The notes under the pieces were generated by a model. It did no database searches. It was not told the origin of the DNA and was given only the letters and a program-made list of their open reading frames with translations. Below are positions 21,798 to 36,700 of a DNA stretch of 64,000 bases, in pieces. The position numbers were made by a program, and so were the translations under genes. This DNA comes from Pavona decussata. Its lineage: Eukaryota. Location of the stretch: contig CDRNST010000214.1 of NCBI GenBank assembly GCA_977016875.1, positions 2,790,001 to 2,854,000 of the forward strand, given 5' to 3'. Position 1 is the stretch's first letter, and each line of letters begins with the position of its first letter.

Positions 21798-24700
21798 CTG
21801 TTGGAAATAAAGACAATTGGATTTTTTATGATATGCGCTTTCGAGAAATAGTCCTACAGAATATAGCTGTGCCTGAGAAATTGTGTTCATTCTTCTAATC
21901 GAACAAAATTATCTCCCTTCTTGGTCGCCAGAGGTACCAAATCGAGTTGCGTGGAAACACATTGTAAAGGAACGACCTGTAAGAAAAGGGTCAGGGGGGG
22001 GAGGGGGGAAGGGAAGTGTGTGGAATCAACGTTACTTCAGTTTGGGGCGACTTAACTTAAGTTTAGGGGTACCGCGATGGTGCGACTTAGCAAGTGATAC
22101 ACATGCCTGCATTCCATGGTTCGACGGTGGGTTTCTTAACAATGATAGTTACATGGTAGCAGTTCTGAACTTTACTTTATTTTTGTGTTGGCTCGGAGAT
22201 GATCAGTTAATAAGTGTCTGGTTTGCTAATCTTTCATAAAATTGTTGTTACCTTAAATTCGTCCAGGGCACCACGCATGTCGTACTTGCTGTCCATCATA
22301 TATTCTCGAATGTACCGTCCGAGAATCAGCAACCCGTCGAAAAAGAACTGCTTTCCTATCTTTACACCAAACGTCGTTGATTGTCGATGCTCGCCTTGTG
22401 CGTACGCAAACGCTTGCAGTCGGCCATCGATTCTTCTCCATGTCACTGCTAAATGGGTCCATACACCTTCGTGGATGTTAATACCAGTTACAAGTTTATT
22501 CTCATCCCAGTCAACTTGTATTCCATCTTTGCAAATGATAGCGAAGTTCCCACCACTTGTCGCAGCAGAGAAGATGGCGTGCATCCCGACGATCCGTTCT
22601 GTAGAGTGTTTCTGGCTCGACGAGCAAAGATGGGCAACACTCGATCCCTTGTTGACTAAGCATACCCATATTTCAATGGTAAACTCGTCGAGAACGGGTA
22701 AGCTCGAGTTACCACCGTACATGACAGCTGTGTTACTGGAAGAAAATTCCAACATGTAACCTGCGCCAGAAAAGCTACGCCAGGCGTTCTTTGTCGTTAA
22801 GAAACTGTCCTTTTCTCTTATTTGAAATTGGGTGCCGAGTTTAAGGTCAAGTGACTCTTGACTTAGTACACGCTGGTCTCTTGTTTCACTTGAAGCGTTT
22901 GCAGCTGGTTGTTGAGTGGGATCGATTAAATGCATCGCAAGGCTTCTGTCGTTGTACTCCTTTATCCACTTGCTCTCTTTCGCTCCACAAACGCCATCTG
23001 TATCGTTTCTCATTGATTGTGGCATTTGGATTGCAGTTCCAAGAGTACCATTGTAGGTGAGGACGTTCAGCTGAACTCCTTCGTACTCTAGGAAAGCTAC
23101 CTCTAGAATGGTACTTTTGACCCAACGGTACTTGATGTCAGCAACCTCTACCCATTCATCAGTCTTTTCAAGCTTAGAAGATTTGTTAGTCGCAAAGGTA
23201 ACTGTTCCACTTTCGAGTGTCTCGAGATCACTATAACGAACAAAGAGCATCACTTGAGAGGTACGTAGTGCGACTTCACTGATTCGTCGGCAGCTCATTC
23301 TGTTATTGCAAGGAACTATCAACACTTGTGCCACGACTGCAGATGAGTTGATGAGCTGGAAAGCACCGGGCGCTTCGAAGTGGAAGTTCACGCCCGTCAC
23401 ACTGGTAAAATGAGGATCGCCAAAGGTAAGGGCCATTTGGGTCTCAGAGGAGTCGACTACAGAGGATTCGTCTGCGATTGCGCAGTCTGTCCCCATCCAG
23501 CCATCCGTGCACCTACTGCAAGGTAATGCCGCGTTATCTTCATCAGATAGATTAGTAATATTACCTCTCCAGTGTGGCTCGCACTCACATGTACCATTAG
23601 TTACACTACACACACCATGCCCGTTACATGTTCCCCTCAGTCCACCCGGGCAAAGTTTTGAACAATCCTCACCCCAGTAGCCTGGTTGACACTTACAGGA
23701 GACACCATCTGTTGCGTTGACATCGGTGATGGCATAACCAAAGACGCATCGTGTCGTGCATCGCGAACCAATCCAGTATGGAAATCGCTGAAGCACAAAG
23801 TGATGACACAGTTCCTTTGCTGGCCACTCAGTTAGATCTACAGTGCTCTGGCAATAGTCGGCAAAAGTAACCACGGCGTAAACGGCAGAGTGTAAATTCA
23901 GTGACACTGAAATGTCGTGAAGGCAGACTTTGTAGTAAAACTGGGCCACCTGCAGAGTGAGTGCCTGGCATCTGGCGTACAAGGTTCCACTCAGAACAAG
24001 ACTGAAACAGAACGACTCTGCGTCTAGTTGCAGCCTTTCATTAACAAACGTAGTGGCCTTTAGTTTCAAGCGAGGAATGTCAGCATCGGAGAACGACCAA
24101 CGCGGTTCATGAAATTTGATTGTGAACAGGTCATTTTTCCCTTGTAAATCACGAATGACTCTTCCCTCGGCCTGGTTGAACTTCCAAAGGTGAAGCAAAT
24201 CTGGGTAAGTGTCAACTTGCACATTCAACCGCCAGTTGACTTTCACAAGGTCCGGATTCGTCCGTCTTTTCCATATGCGCATTTCGTCGATCTCGCCAAC
24301 AAAGGTCGATTCAGGAAGCAGATTGTCTGAGCCAGGTGAAGGCTGCCATTGCCCTAGCACCAAGACCCCCCCGTTTCCGAAAACACGGCTGTCAAGCTTG
24401 AATACGCGAACTCTGACTTCTCCGGTAGAGGTAAAAAAGTAGAAGTGAAGGATTCCAACCAGCCGTTTATAGACCAAGGTGATTTGATTCCACTGATCGA
24501 TCTCGAGTGTGAAACCAGTGTCATAAACAGATCCGTTGTAGATGATTGTCAATGTCACATTATCAACCACAGCAAAAATGCTCTGGCTTAAGTAGGAAAT
24601 GATGACCCCTCCCGATTTGTGCGCCTTTATGAGCAGTTCAACTGTTAGGATATCGAAGGTAGGAAAATTTATGGGCCCTGATCGAACTGAGTGATCCACG

Positions 24701-27700
24701 AAGAACAAGTTGAATCCGCCACCAGTGGGAACGCGGTGTTCTAGGTAGTGCAAGAACTTATACATGAATAAAGTCTGAGAGCCGTTAACTATTGAACTGG
24801 TCTTCAAAGCAGTGATGTATGACTCAAGACTGTTAGATTCGTTAAACGAATGATCTTTGCACGCCCCGAGAAGGCCTGTGGAGTCCTGGCAGAAGATAGC
24901 TGGCATATGAACCGTCACAGAAATGCTATGTCCAATAGTTAGCACAAATTTAATTCCTGTTGGACCGAAGATGTGAAAGGTGACCGTGGAAATGCGTACC
25001 ATGACAAAATGCACCGATAGCTGGGTTCTGTGATCAACTAGAACCACTTTTCCATTTAACCAAACAAGAGGAAAGATGGGAACCGTCGTTGAAAGCGTTG
25101 TGATCGGTGCACGGATGACAACATGGGTGTTATGGTAACCGAACGAGAATCCTGTGGTGCAAAGTGTGGTGTAAGTACCATCCGTTACACATGGAGTTTG
25201 TCGAAGCTGGATGACGAAGTTACGCTGAATGGATCGAAGAAGGTAGAATTCGCCAACTACTCTGTAAGTGAAACTCACACCGAAGAAAGTTGTGAAGTAG
25301 CCAAAACCACCAATCGATGCAACCACGATATTGGTTGATGATATGCCGGTAACAAGCTTAACAGCAAATTGACAGTTTGTTCCATTCCATCCAGGACTAC
25401 AACTGCTGCAGTTTCCATCACCTGCCCAATTGGCTTCACATTTGCATTCTCCTGTGGTTCTGTCACACACTCCGTGTCCTCCACATGTGTTCAAAAGACC
25501 GCCTAGACATAACTGGGAACAATCAGTGCCCCAGTATCCCTTGGTACAGACACAAAGGTTATGGTCACTGGGATCTGCCGCACCAAAGACGCATTTCACG
25601 TGACATTTGTCTCCTATCCATACAGGAAAGTGAACTCCAGGAAACTTGTTGCAAAGCGACTGAGCTGGCCACGTGGTGAGGTTCAGGCCAGCTTGGCAGT
25701 GGTCAGAGAACGTAATTACAGCTGTCAGGGCTGCACTGATATAACCAGTTGTTGCTATGTCTTTTAGGCAAACAAGGTAATGGAATTCGAGCTCAGCCTT
25801 CAAGCCACCATAGCAGAGGTCATAAAGTTGACTCTTGTAGAAGAGTTCGAAGCAGAATGACTTTGCGTTCTTTTCCAGTGTCTTATTGGGAAAATATATT
25901 TCAAATGGTTTGTCAGTGGATGTAAAATTTGCCTTCACGTCCGCATCAGAAAATATCCATGAAGGTTGTTCCCACGGTGATCTCGGCAGGTAGATGTGCT
26001 CGTCGGTTGCGAGATTTTTGATGACATCACTCTCGCCTTCGTTGATCTTCCAGAGTCCTGTGACGTCAGGATGCGTTGGGAGAACATTCATGCCCCAGTT
26101 TTGCTGTATGAGAGCTGGATTGAATGCTCGTTTCCACACACGGAATTCATCAATGATACCCACAAATGATGTTACTGTAAAGTTTTCGTTCTCTCCGGGC
26201 GAGAGCTCCCACTGGCCAAGAGAGAGGATACCACCAGGTAGGAACGGATTGGAGGATAACACATAGGACCTGCGCTGTACCTTACCCAAAAAGTCAAAGT
26301 GATAGAACTCCAGCACCAGAGTCTTGTGATGCCACACAAGCGATATGTGACTCCACTTCTTAATTGTGACCGGAACACTAGTATTTATGATGGTTTTTCC
26401 AAAATGGATAGTGATAGAGTTCTCAATCATTATTGCGAATGACTGTAGGACTGCGTACGAGAAAACCGTTCCACCTAATCCGTACGGTTTGACGAGGATT
26501 TCAATTGTGATATCTACGTTATTAATAAATGTTTTCGTGAGCGGCTTGGACGAGGCTCCTGTGTGGTTGAAGAGGAGGGCATAAATTCCTCCAGCTGGCA
26601 ATCGCCTCTCTTGGAAGTGTTGGTACTTCAAGATGATTAAGCTTTCTATCTCAAGCACAAGAGCGTGGATTCCAACCCCTGCATTCAAGACTGACTGAGA
26701 GACGTTTCCAGGAATGACACTTGTGTTGGAACTAACCGTAAGATCATTGTTGGGATCGCTGTCGCAAGAACCAAGCAGCCCCGTCGAGTTTTGGCAATAC
26801 GCTGGCTTCACATCCACCTTAAAACTCAAGTACCGTCCGTCGATGCGAATGTGTATGGCAAAATTGTCTTGCCAACTGATTTGATAGTGATTGTGTCCTG
26901 TGTACTTCAGATGAACGCCAAGTTTAATGTCTCCAAGACTGGTGATAAGTCCCGACAGAAGTATAAGCTTTCCGTTGACCCAGATAACTGGAGCTCCACC
27001 AGTGATGTAGGGGGCGTGGAATGAGATCACAGCAGAAAAAACTCGTATTCCTATCGCGTTAACACAAACGGACTGTAATCTGCAAGGCACGTGACGAACT
27101 TGGACTTGGAATGACAAGGAAGGCACATGTATAAGGTAATATTCGCCGACAGCCACAAGAGTGAAGCTGTAGCCATCAAAGGTAACGTAATGGCCTCCAA
27201 TAGATGATATCGCGATTGATACGTGTAACTTGCTAAGCGTAACAAGGGCAAGGGAGCAATCGGACCCAGTCCATCCCGAGGAGCACCTGCCACAGTCCAC
27301 TGTTCCGTTGTAATTAGCGTGACACTCGCAGTTGCCTGTCACGCTATCACACACTCCGTTGTTGTTACACGGTCTGTCCGCTCCGCCAGGGCAAGGGCTT
27401 GCGCACTCCGGACCCCAGTAACCACGGTAACATACGCATGTCTCAGAGTCAATCTTCTTACCGAACACGCATTTTTGATCGCAGTCTTTTCCGAACCAGA
27501 TAGGGAAATCCCTGCTAGGGAATTCATTGCAAAGTGGTTTGGCTGGCCACACAGTAAGATTGTTGATAGCCTGGCAATAGTCAGCGTACGCTATTATCAC
27601 TTCCATGGACATGTACAAGGAGTTGAAACTTGCAATTCTTCGCAGGCAGGATCTGAAGTAAAACGTAGCCACGCCTGGGCCCAAGCTGTTACATTTTGAA

Positions 27701-30700
27701 TACAGTGCCCCCATTAATAGTGTCCTATTGCAGAATAGTTCAGCTTCTACTTGGAACGTTTTGTTCTTAAAAGGGAAAGTTTGTTCTCGATCAAAAAATG
27801 GCATTTGCAACACCACGTCTGAATATCTCCATTCAGGCTCCTTCCATGGTTTGAAAGGAAGTTCCAGCCTCATTCCTGTCACTTTATCAACCGCGACGAT
27901 TCCTTCACCTTCGTTAAACTTCCATGCGTGCGCGATGTCTGGAGTGTCTACACTCACCGACCTGTTCCAGGTCTGAAGGATGAACGCTGGGTGAAAATAG
28001 CGCGTCCATATGCGAAGTTCATCTATAAAACCAGCAAAGAACTCAACAGGCTGAATTCCGGATCCATCTAGGGATGGCATCCAACCAGCCAAGGCGATAA
28101 TTCCTCCGGGAACAAAAACATCCACGCCAATGTTAATGTCGAGGCGATGTAACTGTCCACCAGATGCGAAGTAATAGAATTGTAACACCGTGGTCGATTT
28201 TCTGAACACGAGACTTAGCTGGTTCCATTCGTTAAGCTCCGCAGCGATATTTGTTGGGTAAACGTTGTCTCCGTAGTATATAGTGAACTTTCCTCCCTCG
28301 TTAGTGACAAAGAATGTCTTGCTTGTGGTATAAGAAAGGATGACGCCGTAACGGATTGTTTTGAACATGATTTTAATAGTTATGTCCGTGGACACGAACG
28401 CCTTGTAGATTACTCCAGAAACGACTGTTGTGTGTTCAAAGTAAAGCGCATAGCCAGCGTTTGCGTCTCGATATTCAACGACGTCTTTATACTTGTACTC
28501 GAATAAACTATGGCAAGCCTTCACTTTGAGTTTTGTGATAATAAGCGATGTTATAAGTTCTTGGGTTTTGTTCTTCCTACTGGATGCATTTTGCCCCAAG
28601 GAGGATGCAGAATCGTCTGCTAGGCGGAAACTATCTGGTTGGTTTGTTACGTTGAACGTAAAGCTTCCTTCAGAGCAGTTTGTATTCGGATGGTAAGACA
28701 CCAGTAATTCTAGCAAACCCTGGTTGCAAGAACCAAGTAGACCGATCGCTGATTTGCACACTGATCCTGCTGCGTTTGTGCTTAGGCTCAAGTACCGTCC
28801 CGTGACTCGTATTTTCAGGCGCAGTCCTGTGTATTTCACTTCCCACAAATATGCTGTGATTTTGGTGACTTCGAACCCGTAGGTTTGCAGAGTTATTTGA
28901 TGCACGTCAATATCAATGACTTTCCCGTTTAACCAAACTACCAGATTTCCACCAGACGTGTACGGTCCGTGCAAGACAACATTGTGCGAAGATATTTTCA
29001 GCGCAATGGAATTAATGCAGGTTAACTGTTGGAAGCACGACACCAGTCGAATCTGCACGACCACGGAAACATGTATGGAGTATATGAGGTAATATTCACC
29101 GGTGACGTGTAAGCTGTAGCTGATGCCACTTAGCGATGTAAAGTGCCCTCCAAGGGACACTGTGCCTACGCCTACTAAGACACTGCCAGGTGGCCATCGG
29201 GTGACTGCCGTTGAACAGTCCGTTCCAGCCCAACCAGTTGAACAGGTTGTGCAGTTTTCATTTCCTTGCCAGTTTAGCTCGCAGAGGCATTTTCCTGTCA
29301 CAACATCGCAGACTCCGTGGTTGTTACAAGCGCGTCCTTTCCCTCCAGGACAAATGCCCGAGCAGTTTTCTCCATAGAAACCTGGATCGCATACACAAAC
29401 ATCACTGTTGTTTGAGGCTTTGCCAAAAATGCACGGGATTGTACAGTTGGTTCCTATCCAGTTGGGGAAACGCTTTCCGGGGAACTTGTTACATAGCGAC
29501 TGAGCTGGCCAGTACGGCAAACCAAGAGTTTTCTGACAATAATCTGATATTGTTATCACGGCATCGATCGACTGAATTGTTATTCCAGTGTCCACTACCG
29601 CTTGTACGCAGGCGCGGAAGTAAAATTCTATTGTTACGTTGCCCAGCGATTGGCACGCAGCATGAATTGGCCCTTTAAATATGAACTCGAAACACACCTC
29701 TGTAGCGATGCCCTGCAAAGTCGCGTTGTTTTCGTTCGGATTCACTGCGACCACGGATGCGATGGGTGCATCAGAGAACACCCACTTCGGCTTTCCTAAA
29801 GGATATTTCGGGAATGACAACGTAACACCAGAAACAAGGTCTCTTACTATGGTATTTTCGCCTTCGTTGAATTTCCACAAATTCAAAAGTGACTGGGCAT
29901 TAGGTTGAACATTTGCTCTCCAACTTTGTTGAATCAGTGAATAGTCAAAAGGTATGCTCCATACACATATCTCATCTATTTGTCCGTAGAATACGTTAGT
30001 TGGCTGAACGCTGATAGAACCAGAGGCAGGTTGCCACATGCCGATGGCAAATGTCCCTTCAGCAAGGAAAGGGTCCACGCTCACACTGAACTTTCGTATC
30101 TGCACAAGCCCCGAGGAGAACGTAACAAAAACAAACAGTTCCAGCTTTGCACGAACGAATACAACAGAGATTTGATTCCACACATTAGCTTCAGTGGCAA
30201 TTCCGGTATCGTAGACATCTAACCCAATGACAACTTTAACTGTTACGTGGTTACTGATGTAAACTGTCACATTGGACGTGTACGAGATCAAAGTACCTCC
30301 ACAAACCTGAGGATCACATGATTTCACCAGCAGCTGGAAGGTTACTGTTTCACTCACAAAAAGGCGAACTAGGCCCTGTGTCACTACTGCCGTAAATCGA
30401 TAATAGAGACTGTAGATACCACCGTAAATAACCCTAGTCTCCTTGCGAACCTCTTCGTCGATGACAATAACTGATCGGGTTTCTTTTCTCACGGAGAGTT
30501 TTTCTTTGACAAATCTATTCACGTCACCACTAGATTCGGTTGCTCCTCCAACCCCTTCTAAAACTGTCGTTGGCCGGTTTCCAGAGAACACAGAACTGTC
30601 ATTTCCTTGGGTATCGTTTTGCCCCAGCTTAACTTCAGCACAAGAACCGCAAAGGCCATCAGCAATTTGGCAGAAGCTCAAAGATACCGTGGATTCCACA

Positions 30701-33700
30701 GTCAAGTATCGATCCGTGAAGACTGTTCGTATGGACAAATAGTTTGAAATAACTATCCTGTAAGCAGTGTTTGATATTGGCTGAATGCTCACATTGTTTG
30801 CCAGCATGTCTTTAGTGGGCTCTCCGCCAGCACTGATGTCTTCATTGTTGGCGTACACAAGTGGTTCTGAGTTACTCTCGTATGGGGCATGTACGCTGAC
30901 GGACAATCCATTGAACTTCACACCAATCGCATTTATACAAACGGAGCTAATCTCGCATGGTACTTGTCGAACTTGTGCTTGAAGGATGGAAGAATTAATC
31001 ATCATAAACTCTCCTACTGTTGTAAATGTGAAGAGTGCGCCATCAAAGCCAGTGACGTAGCCTCTCTCTGAAATGGTACATATTTTGAACGTATTGTTTG
31101 CAACGGATGGATCTCTTGTTGACATGGCGACAGAGCAGGAAGGACCTCTCCAACCCGGAGTGCATGTAGAGCAGTTTTGGTCTCCTTGCCAGTTGGGATG
31201 ACATCTGCATTTGCCGGTTGCAATATCACACTGGCCATTGCCGAAGCAAGGGTTATATGCACCTCCAGGGCACACATTGGAACAATTTACGCCCCAGTAT
31301 CCGCCATCGCACCTGCAAGCTCCATCAGAGTACCATCCGATTAGGCACTTCGTTGTACAGTTTATTCCAACCCAATCATCAAAGCGCCCTTGGGGTAGCA
31401 CATTGCAAAGATCTTTTCCAGGTAAAGTTGAGAGATTAAGGGCAGCTTGGCATTCTTCTCCGAAAGCAGTTGCTGTTGTTAAAGCTGAGTCGAGACTTCC
31501 CGAGGAAGACACTTCTTCGATACAAGCTTCGTAATAGAAATCAGATCCTCCCGTCGCGTTGGAACATTCGTCATAGAGAGGACCTTTGAGGAAAATCTCT
31601 GAACATAGCTTTTCAGTTGAATTGTCGACGACATCCTCAGAAGGCTCTGGTACTTCGAAGGCAGACGTTTCTATAAGTGCATCTGAAGGATACCAAACTG
31701 GACCTCTAAAGGGAGGGGCTGCAAGATTGAAGTCAAATGATCCTACGGTCGCACGGCAAACGAAGCCACGTCCTTCGTTGAACTTCCACAGAAGGGAAAT
31801 TCCTGGTGTGTTTATCTGCAAGTTGGTATTCCAGATTTCCTGAATCATAACAGAGTCAAATCGCTTGTTCCAAAAGCTTACTTCGTCCACCCAACCCACA
31901 AAGCCGGGTACCGAGAGAGAAACTGTGGTAATCTGCCAGAGAGCGATGGATAATGTACCACCCTCAGGAAATATCCCAACGCCAACATAAAAGACGCGTG
32001 TTTGAATGACGCCTATGGAATTGATCAAATAGATCTGTACGAGACCTGAAGTGCGCTTGTACACGAACGAGATGTGATTCCAAAGTTCAGTTTCTAGCAC
32101 GAGTTTGGTGTCAATGACAATGGGACCAAAGTAAATCCGGATCGTTCCATTCACTGTTATTGCAAATGTCTTATTGAGGGCGTATGAGATAATAGTTCCT
32201 CCGTAGAGTTTTGGGTCCTTTGCCTTGACAAAGAGCTGAACCGTGATGTAGTTACCGCTGAAGACATTGATTATGGGTGCCGACACGACTGACGTACCAT
32301 TGAAGAAAAGACAGCTTCCTCCTCCGTTAACGGATGGTGATTCACCAGAGATGTTTAAAATGGGACCAAAAGAGCTTTCATTACGCGGGATAGTCCACTT
32401 GTTCACGTAGGAAACCAGTATATCTTGAGTTACAGTTGTAATGTCAGCATAAGTATCTAAGATTCCCCCTCCAGTAGGGCAGTTTGAGGGGGCCACGCTT
32501 AATCCAGGATCTCTGCATCTTCCGAGCAGGCCGCAAGCTTCTCGACACAGCCATCTGTCCATAGTGATGGAGACATCAAAGTGTATTGCGAGGGAGTTTA
32601 TAACAAAATGGAAGCCTCCTGGACCCGTTACGGTATAACTGTTAAGTGACATCCGTTGAAACACAAACCCTGAAACTCCCAACGAAATAAGAGTTTTGTA
32701 ATTTATAGGAAAACCATTCATTGTAATCAACACTTGACCCACGATTCCGATGCTACTGTGAACTGCGATAACATTTTCCCTTACACGTACAATTGCACAT
32801 CTTAAACGCACATATCTACCGATTCTCACTTGGCGGAACTGGATACTGAGTCCATAGCGAGACAGGGCCAGCACGTTGAATTCGCCTGCTACGTTTACAT
32901 TGATTTTAACTCCGTCCAAAGTCACATAATAACCAGTTCCAAAGACCGATGTTATCGGGAGCTCTTCTGTTGGTGATGTTATAGCAACTGAACAATCTTT
33001 GCTTACGTATCCAGGGGTGCACTTACTGCAGTCAAGTGCTCCTCGCCATTTTCTTTTACATCTGCATGTTCCCATACCACTTAAGCAACGTCCATGCCCA
33101 CTGCAGACATTCACGGGCCCACCAGGGCAGGCTCCGTCACACCGCGGTCCCCAGAAACCTCGGTCACACTTGCATCTTCCGTACAGTCCTCGAATTTGGT
33201 ATCCAAAGGTACATGGAATGTCACAGCTCACGCCAATCCAGTTAATGAGTCTTGAACTTTGGAAGACTTCATACCTATTCACACAAAGGAGTATAAAATT
33301 ACTACAGACCACCATTTCCACGTTCAATCACAGGCACGCCCGTGTTCGTAAGGAATGTTCCGAATCTACCAGGATTTCTTTCAAATTGTGAACCGGATGA
33401 ATGACTCAGATAACTTCGATGTTTACTTTTACCCAGTGGATAGATTTCATAACCATTTTCCCCTTATCCCTCAGCCCCACCCCTTTGGAACGCACGACGA
33501 CGTTTCCTGAATATGCAAGCAATATGGTATTTCAGTAAAATTCGAACGTCCGGAAATGGAAGGCTACAAACTGGTACGGATTTTCTTATTTTTATAAAGG
33601 TACTCTATTACAAACATACTCAGATGTATACTCAATTCATGAAAGTTGTACATACAATTTCCTGTGTATTTTAATCTTTGGCGAATTACTTAAGGCGCCA

Positions 33701-36700
33701 TCAAATGCAAATTAATTTTGCAAACTTGAGCGGGCCAGTAGTGAGCGAAAGCAACAATGGTTGGAGCAATAGTTGCAAAACATGTTGGTAAACTATTGGC
33801 AAGACTCAATCTATCCGCGCCATGTTTTTCAACTACAGTTTTAAATGTTCACACACTCAAACTTGGCGTGTTAATGTTTGTCAGATATGCGTTGTTTACT
33901 GTTATTGCCAAATTATTCTATGCTATTAATAGTAGCCTGGTCCTTAATGCACATTTGGCATGTGAAAACACGAATTCCCTAATGTTTTGGAGTTTGTTAA
34001 CTTTTAAAATTGTGGTGGGAGCGCGTTTAAAAAATACCATTACTATGAAAAAAGCAAAATACCTGCACATCTGTCTCGCCGGCCAAATAGCCAAATTTAG
34101 TTGTAATTGGCACGTGTCTGCAAAGGCTACAACAACGCTGACTCCCAGTGACACCTGGCGACTTGACGCAATCACCCTTAAACACGCCCTAACATAGAAA
34201 GATATCGTTCCCCCGCCCAGAGCTCCACAAGCGTAACTTGGGGACGACGTTTTGATGTGTTCATCGCACCAAGTTTCTGCTTTGACTCTGAGTTCAGTCG
34301 TATGGAAGGTGATTTCAGTGGTTACGGGAAGAACCTTGATATTAGCGTAACTGAAGATCCACCGGGGTGCTCTGCGTACGGATGGTATGTACAAATGAAC
34401 GCCACTGACCAAATCGTGCACAACGTTACTCTGTCCTTCATTGAACTTCCACAAAATAGCGATGTGGCGTGCGGTGGAAATCACGTTTATTCTCCAACTA
34501 GTCTTAACATCATGTAAACTGAATTCACGATTCCAGAAGCGAACTTCATCGATCAATCCAAAGAAACCCGGCAAACGATCGCCTTCCTCGGTGATGGTTT
34601 CCAGAGCTGGAATCCATTGCCCTATTGAGATGGTACTGCCTCCTTTTTTAAATACTCCAGGAATCATAGTGCGGGTAGCTTGACGAACAACACCAATGGA
34701 ATTAATGTGGTAGAAATAGATTGCGCCGGTGATGTTATGGTACACGAGGGTGACTTGGTTCCAGGTGTCGATCTCAGGAGTAAGCCCAGTGTCCCAGATC
34801 TCCAACCCAATTCGCACTTTTAAGGTCACCTCAATAAACACCGTCAATGTTATGGCTTTGCTGTAAGTGAAAAGGACCCCTCCAGGATTTGACCTAGAAA
34901 TCACGTTAAACAACATTTCAGTTGTGATAACAGGGGCATTTAACACATCAGGCATAAGATCCGTAGACACGCCAACTCGCTTGAACTTTAAGGCGTATTC
35001 GGCGCCAGTTACGACTCTTTCTTCTTTGTAAATTCCATAGTTGTACACGAAAAGGCTATCAGCAATGGAAACTCGCCACGTTTCCTCCAAAGACCCACCA
35101 GCAGTCACATTGAAGTCGTTCTCTCTGTTTCCGTCGCAATTTCCGCACAATGCGTTTGTCCCATCACACAAGGACTGATTAGTATGACCAGCGATCACCA
35201 GCCCTCTTCCTACTACACGCAGTTGGAATTTGAGATCTTTACTCAGGCTACTTAGTACATAAGTAGTTGAGGACGTCTGCTCCAGCGACATTTCACTGGA
35301 AATGTAGATCTTTGTTGAACTGAATTCTGCTATGCTTCCATTCACCCAAACAACAGGCCGGTCGGTTTCTTCATAAGGGGCGTGGAACGTGAGCTTCCAT
35401 CCAGAAATGAAAGAGAATGCTATTGCGTTTATACAACGTGTTTCGCCATTGTGACACGGCACTTGCCTGAACTGTCCATTAAAGCGTGCACTTCTCACAA
35501 ACCAAAACTCCCCAACTCCAAAGAAATTGAAGTGAGCACTGTCAAAGTTGGTGAAATGTCCTCCGAGGAAAGCGGAGCACGTTGGTAACTGTGTTGTCGC
35601 AACAGCTACAGAGCAATCAGATCCGGTCCAACCAGGAGTGCAGTTACTACAGTCGCCATTTCCTCGCCAGTTAAGATCACATTCACACATTCCGCTGTTG
35701 ACGTCACAATTGCCATGGTCGTTACAAGGGGAGTTTCCGCCTCCTGGACACTCACTGGCGCAGTCTTTGCCCCAGTATCCTCGTGTGCAAACACACAAGC
35801 TCGCGTTACGTGCGTCGGGATTTCCGAATATACACTTGAAGGAACAGTCAGTACCGATCCATTGCCGAGGAAGTCGTTTAGGAAATTGTTGACACAGAAG
35901 TTGAGCAGGCCAAGAGGGAAGGTGAAGCACAGTCTGACAGAAGTCTGCATAAGCTGACAATACAATATAAGCGGTGTCTAAGGAACCAGAGGAATGGATG
36001 TCAGCAAGACATGCCTGATAGTAAAACTGAGGAACAGTCGTGGCTAGTTGCTGTCCGCATAGAGTTTGCAGTCTTGTGTCGTAGATAAGTTCGAAGCACA
36101 GCTTGCTGGCAAGCGACCCGAAAGTGGCATTTCTATATTGGACTACCGCACTTGTGACTACCGTTGGAAACACATCTCGGATATAAGAAAAGTGCCACAC
36201 AGGTCGACTGCTGATCACTTGAGGCAGGTAGATATTTGATGAGCTAGCTATACGATTAATCACCTCTCTGCCAACCCCCTCGTCAAACTGCCACAGGGCA
36301 CTTAAAGTTGGTTGGTTGCCTGTGACAACAATAACGAAACTCTGACGGATGAGCACAGTGTCCAGAACAAAAGTCCAGATTCGCAGTTCATCTATGCTTC
36401 CAAAGAATGGCTGCAATGGTACACCTGTGATGTGCTGCTGTGTTATGTGCCAGCGACCAAGCCAAAGAGTACCACCAGAGGTGAAGAGGTTAGGTCCGAT
36501 GTAGATCTGTTTGGTGGAGAGATCGCCTTGTGAATCGAGCTGATAGTAGGCTAGGACTCCTGAAATAAAAAGGTAGACATCGTTGTAAGGTTTGTTGCTT
36601 TGGCCTGCGTGTAAAAATTGCAGCTTTCGTTTATCTGTAGTTTTTTGAAAATGCAAGTAAAATAAACAAAAACAAAAAAATGATAAACGTTCAAAGTAAC

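Noticed and set aside
22234-33327. Treating the 3697-aa ORF as a standalone intronless or prokaryotic gene
   Set aside because: The ORF ends are intronic read-through; it begins mid-domain and its last LamG continues in the next exon via canonical splice sites.
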